Shown here in pieces: positions 59,824-64,000 of a DNA stretch of 64,000 nt (the stretch's first letter is position 1; each line of letters opens with the position of its first letter). The notes beneath the pieces are model-generated. The model was not told the origin of the DNA and searched no databases. It was given only the letters and a program-made list of their open reading frames with translations. Source of the stretch: Ranitomeya imitator (taxonomy: Eukaryota); contig NC_091286.1 of NCBI RefSeq assembly GCF_032444005.1, forward strand, positions 521,420,001 through 521,484,000. The letters run 5' to 3'. Made by a program: the position numbers and the translations under genes.

Positions 59824-61949
59824 ACTGTCATATCTTAAATTACAAGTCTGCAGTCAATCTATGTAACTGTAGACTTGTGAATCTTCTCATCGAGCGCACT
59901 GACCTGTGAGACTTCTGCCGGTCGGTGTCTGCAAGTATGCGATTTGCATACTTTCTGCCACATTACGAAGAGACTATTTCCGGCTTCGCTCAATATACTT
60001 GCATTGAGTGAGGCCACGCCCATCTAGTCAGCATGTGACCGCATGTATGCAAATCATATCCTTGCAGTCACATGCCTGCAGCGCCCAGCGTTGGCACAGT
60101 GTGCGTGATGTGATGATTCACAAGTTGGCAGTCACATAGAGTGACTGCAGACTTGTAACTTAGGACTGGACAGCCCCTTTAGCAATAGGATGAGGGTGGT
60201 TTATACTGTTCCATATGACTAATAGCAGACCGTAATGATGGTCTCTCAAGAGTAATAATTGGAGAAGACCACCTTGATGGTTCTGCATTTCAGCACCATG
60301 GAAAGTACATTTAACAGCGCCTTTCATCCATGTTAACCCACATTTAGGGGTGAGGATAATTCAGTAAGCTCAGTAAATCAACGGTACTGCACCTGATGCC
60401 TAGTATTTGGTTTCAATGAATCGATAGTGTAGTCATTTTTTTGTCAGAGCAGTGGCACTAGATGATTGATTATTTCGAAGTCATCCTGTTTTATGAGACA
60501 TTAACAAATGACATACTGTAAATGGTTGTTAAATGTTAACGTGATTCTTATGCTTAAAACTATTCACATTATAGCATTTCTTGTCATTAAATTATGACAG
60601 AGAGGTAATCATTTATATGGCTGCCATCTGTTATTGCTGTTATCTGAAATTTAAACTAATTTCTTCTGTTTTGCACTGAAACTGCATCGATCAGTTTCAT
60701 TTTCCCATACTGTATTCCTTGCCTTGCTGTTGTCTTATAATTTTGAATTAAGGTTCGGCTATTCAAAGTCATATGTAAAACCTTTTTTTTTTGTGGCAGG
60801 TGCCAGGCACTACTGTGTAGGGTTCATTACATAATACACAGTGCGTATATCTAGATAGCAGCCGACATCTCATATCGTATATTGGAGTCATAACACAGCT
60901 TATTGTGGACCTACACTGTTAAGATTTATTGGCCTTGAATATTGTTCTATTATCCACTGAGGCACAGACAAATCATTGCAGTTACTGTCAAAATGTTTTA
61001 CGAGGCCAATGAGCTGTATTTACTACTTAAGAGATGAAGATAAAACACAAGTGAGAGATCTGACACAGTCCAGCTGTACATGAAATATTACATGTGCTTA
61101 AAATTGAGCAAGTGATTTTCATACAAGCTGTTAGTTCTAGTATGCTACTATTTTATCTGGTTGTGAGAATACTGAATCATACATGTCAAAAAGAATGCTA
61201 GCCTATCAAGGAGGCAAAAGTTTTAAATTGTCAAGATTGTCAAGCAATACCTGGAGAACCAAGCCAGCGTACTCTCAAAACTGGATACCTCTATGTCTTG
61301 GAGGTGGTGTGCTGCCCTGCCACTATCATTTTCTCTGAGCCGGTTATTAGTGCCTGGGGGGGGGGGGGGGGTCATAACAGATAGGCGCTTTCATCTGTCA
61401 ACAGAGAATACAGACAGGCTCACTCTCATAAAAATGAACAAAGCTTGGATTAGCCCCACACTTTTCCAATTTCCACATGACTAGAAGACAGCAGCACATA
61501 AAGTGTTTTTAATAATCAATATTTTAATGAGGCCTGCCAATTGTTGCCTTGCAGGAAGCTATGGATGACCCTTGTCATGATTTTTGTCTGGCTTTGCACT
61601 TTCTGCAAAACCTTTATGAGTGTATACAGTAAGTATATAACATACACTTTCAAAATATTTGCTTACAAAAAAATTTGATAGATTCAATGACTCATGCATA
61701 CAGTTTAACATAGTTATTGTTGCATTACGGTGGTATGTAAAACTCACAAATAGAATAAAATATATTTCTGGATTAGTTTACTCATTCATAGAGTATTATA
61801 TGCTTTCTGTCACATTTTTGGTGGCACATAACAATACAAAAAGCATTTTAAATGTTTCTGGTTTGTTTACATTTCTTACCTATACACTATTTCATGTTCT
61901 GGAATATATGTTTGTGATATATAACACTCAAAACATTTTTTTTTGCTGG

Positions 61950-62940
61950 GTTACATTTCTTATTCATACAGTATTACCTGTTATTGTCTACATTTCCTTG
62001 GTATATAACCTTTAAAACTATTTAAAAAATTTAGCAGTATGCTATTGCTCATCCATAAGGTATTATGTCTTCTTGGGTGCATTTCGCTGCTATCTAAGAC
62101 TCTAAAAACATCTTACAAAATTGATCGGTATTATGTTGCCCTTTCATACAGTATTACGTGTTTTTGTATACACTTCTTGGTACATAACCCTCCAAAAACT
62201 TGAATAAAACTGTATCGGTAATTTATTGCTCATCCATAGACTTTTACATATTCTTGGGTAAATTTCAGTGGTATATACAGTAATCCTTAAAAAACTTGTT
62301 CAAAATTTATCGATATTATAATGCTCATCTGTAGGGTATTACATATTCTTGAGTAAATTTCATTGCTATATAAGCCTAAAAAAACTTGTTCAAAATTTTA
62401 TTCATATTATATTGCTCGTGCATAGACTATTCCGGGGTCTTTAATATATTTTGTTTGTATATAACCCTCAAAAACTGTGTTTAAAATGTTATCATTATTA
62501 TATTGCTCATTCATAGACTATTCCGTGGACTGGAGTACATTTCATTGGTATATCACCCTGAAAAAACTTCAAAATTTCTTGATATTACATTGCTCATCCA
62601 TAGGATTTTACATCTTCTTGGGTACAGTTCATTGCTATATAAGCCTAAAAAAACCTGTTAAAAAAAAATTCTCAGTATTTTATTGCTCATTTATAGATTT
62701 TTACATTTTCTTGGGTAGTTTTCAGTGGTATATAAGCCTCAAAAAACTTGTTAAAAAAAATTGATCAGTATGATATATTGTTCATCCATAGATGTTTACA
62801 TATTCTTGGGTAGATTTCATTGCTATATACTGTAAGCCTCAAAAAAATTGTTCAAAAAGGTATCGGTATTGTATAGCTCACCCACAGACTATTCCATAGT
62901 CTGGAGTACATTTCATTGGTACATAACCCCCAAAAGTGCA
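61950..62940 (+). repeat. Degenerate AT-rich ~90-bp tandem repeat, ~10-11 units
   Basis: TTGCTCAT-like anchor recurs near 62044, 62135, 62226, 62322, 62412, 62502, 62590, 62682, 62778 and 62875. Confidence 0.85.
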
Positions 62941-62958
62941 TAGACTTTATGAGTCTAA

Positions 62959-63438
62959 GGCCGGGGTCACAATTAACGTTTGGAAAATCGTTCCGAGTCT
63001 CCCTGCAGAGAGTCGCACAAGTGTTCTCCGTATGCTCATCCATCTGTAATGTGTTTGCAATGTGATACTGCGATTTCTCGCATTCATGTATGACATCCGT
63101 ATGACATGCGCATGGATTTACATTTCTCACTGATTTTCCCCATTTAATTAAGTTTCTCAATGGGCTGAAGTGAGGAAAATGTGTGTGTCTTTGTCGCAAG
63201 CTAGACAAATAGTCCATGTGGCGTCCGAGTTTTTCACGCACCCACAGGCTTGCATTGGCGAGTCTCAGACAATATACACATACAATTGCAGCATGCTGCG
63301 ATTTTACATGCACGTCGAATACGCCTGAGTAAAGATACAATGATGTAAACTGCCCCATAGATTAACACTTGGCCAACTGCTATGCAACGTTTTCTCACAC
63401 AGCACTTGCCCATATTCTATGGTAGTGTGACCCCGGCC
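62959..63438. mobile_element. Harbinger-type MITE (480 bp)
   Basis: TAA-GGCCGGGGTCACA ... TGTGACCCCGGCC-TAA. Confidence 0.88.
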
Positions 63439-64000
63439 TAAAAGTACCAATACATGACAATTTGAACAGAATGTGCATCAAGCCCTCCTTTATGTCTATT
63501 ACAGGGTGTATCTGAGTCCCCCTGAGTCCCTCAATTTGGGCAGTTTTTGCTTCCTTCATAAATTAAACTGAAATTTCCTATTTTTTTCTAAAAAAAAATA
63601 AATTTAGTTTATTTAAATTGTAATTTTTTAACTCTATTATCAATTTTGCTTTATATTCAAGTCATTTTACAGGAAAAAAGGTTCCTTTACTTTTTTTCCT
63701 GTAAAATGGAATTTACCTTCGGTTTGGAATTTTTTTTGTCACTCCTTAAAGTGGAGTAAATGTGTGATACCTTTGTTCTCAGCAGCAATCTGATAATCAT
63801 AGATACTTCCAGGGGTTTTCCACAGGGGGTTGTTCTTCCATTCAGCACTTTTCCCATCCACTTGAACATTTTCACTGCCCCCCAAACATCTTTATAGTGT
63901 CTGCCGGTAAAAAGCTTGGCTTTTCCATTGACTCCTGTTATGCTCGTTATGTGAAACGAGCATTTGCGTATTAGGAATTGCTTTGTTCACCCGAGCATTT

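Larger units (their letters stand above)
58349..60178. mobile_element. Kolobok/T2-type MITE split by a solo LTR
   Basis: TTAA-AGGCATTG [LTR] ACTGTCATATC...GGACAGCCCCT-TTAG; colinear with 55650-56017. Confidence 0.65.

Overview
Eukaryotic, repeat-dominated DNA. The transposon complement suggests an anuran amphibian (inference). No host gene can be identified with confidence and there are no prokaryotic features. From left to right: a Tc1 remnant, an old CR1 LINE, and a nested hAT-like/solo-LTR/Tc1 cluster. Next are a young 5'-truncated CR1 with an intact RT frame inside a Harbinger-type MITE, and a mariner-like remnant. Then comes a 17-kb nest (15129-32364) of TTAA-flanked piggyBac-type non-autonomous elements, each built as arm + expandable ~390-bp satellite + telomere-like tract + GC-rich end, and including a recent ~4.6-kb tandem duplication. 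After that is a complete Neptune-like Penelope retroelement (33456-43223, 15-bp TSD) with an inverted 5' terminal repeat and two hammerhead-ribozyme motifs, interrupted by a fourth piggyBac-type element. A full-length chromodomain Ty3/Gypsy element (44981-50775) follows, with a single 1385-codon gag-pol ORF, a 6-bp TSD and a self-complementary PBS. The right end holds hAT, Kolobok and Harbinger MITEs, solo LTRs, a ~90-bp tandem repeat and a coding-like segment at the window edge. All alignments and counts were done by eye; no database searches were run.
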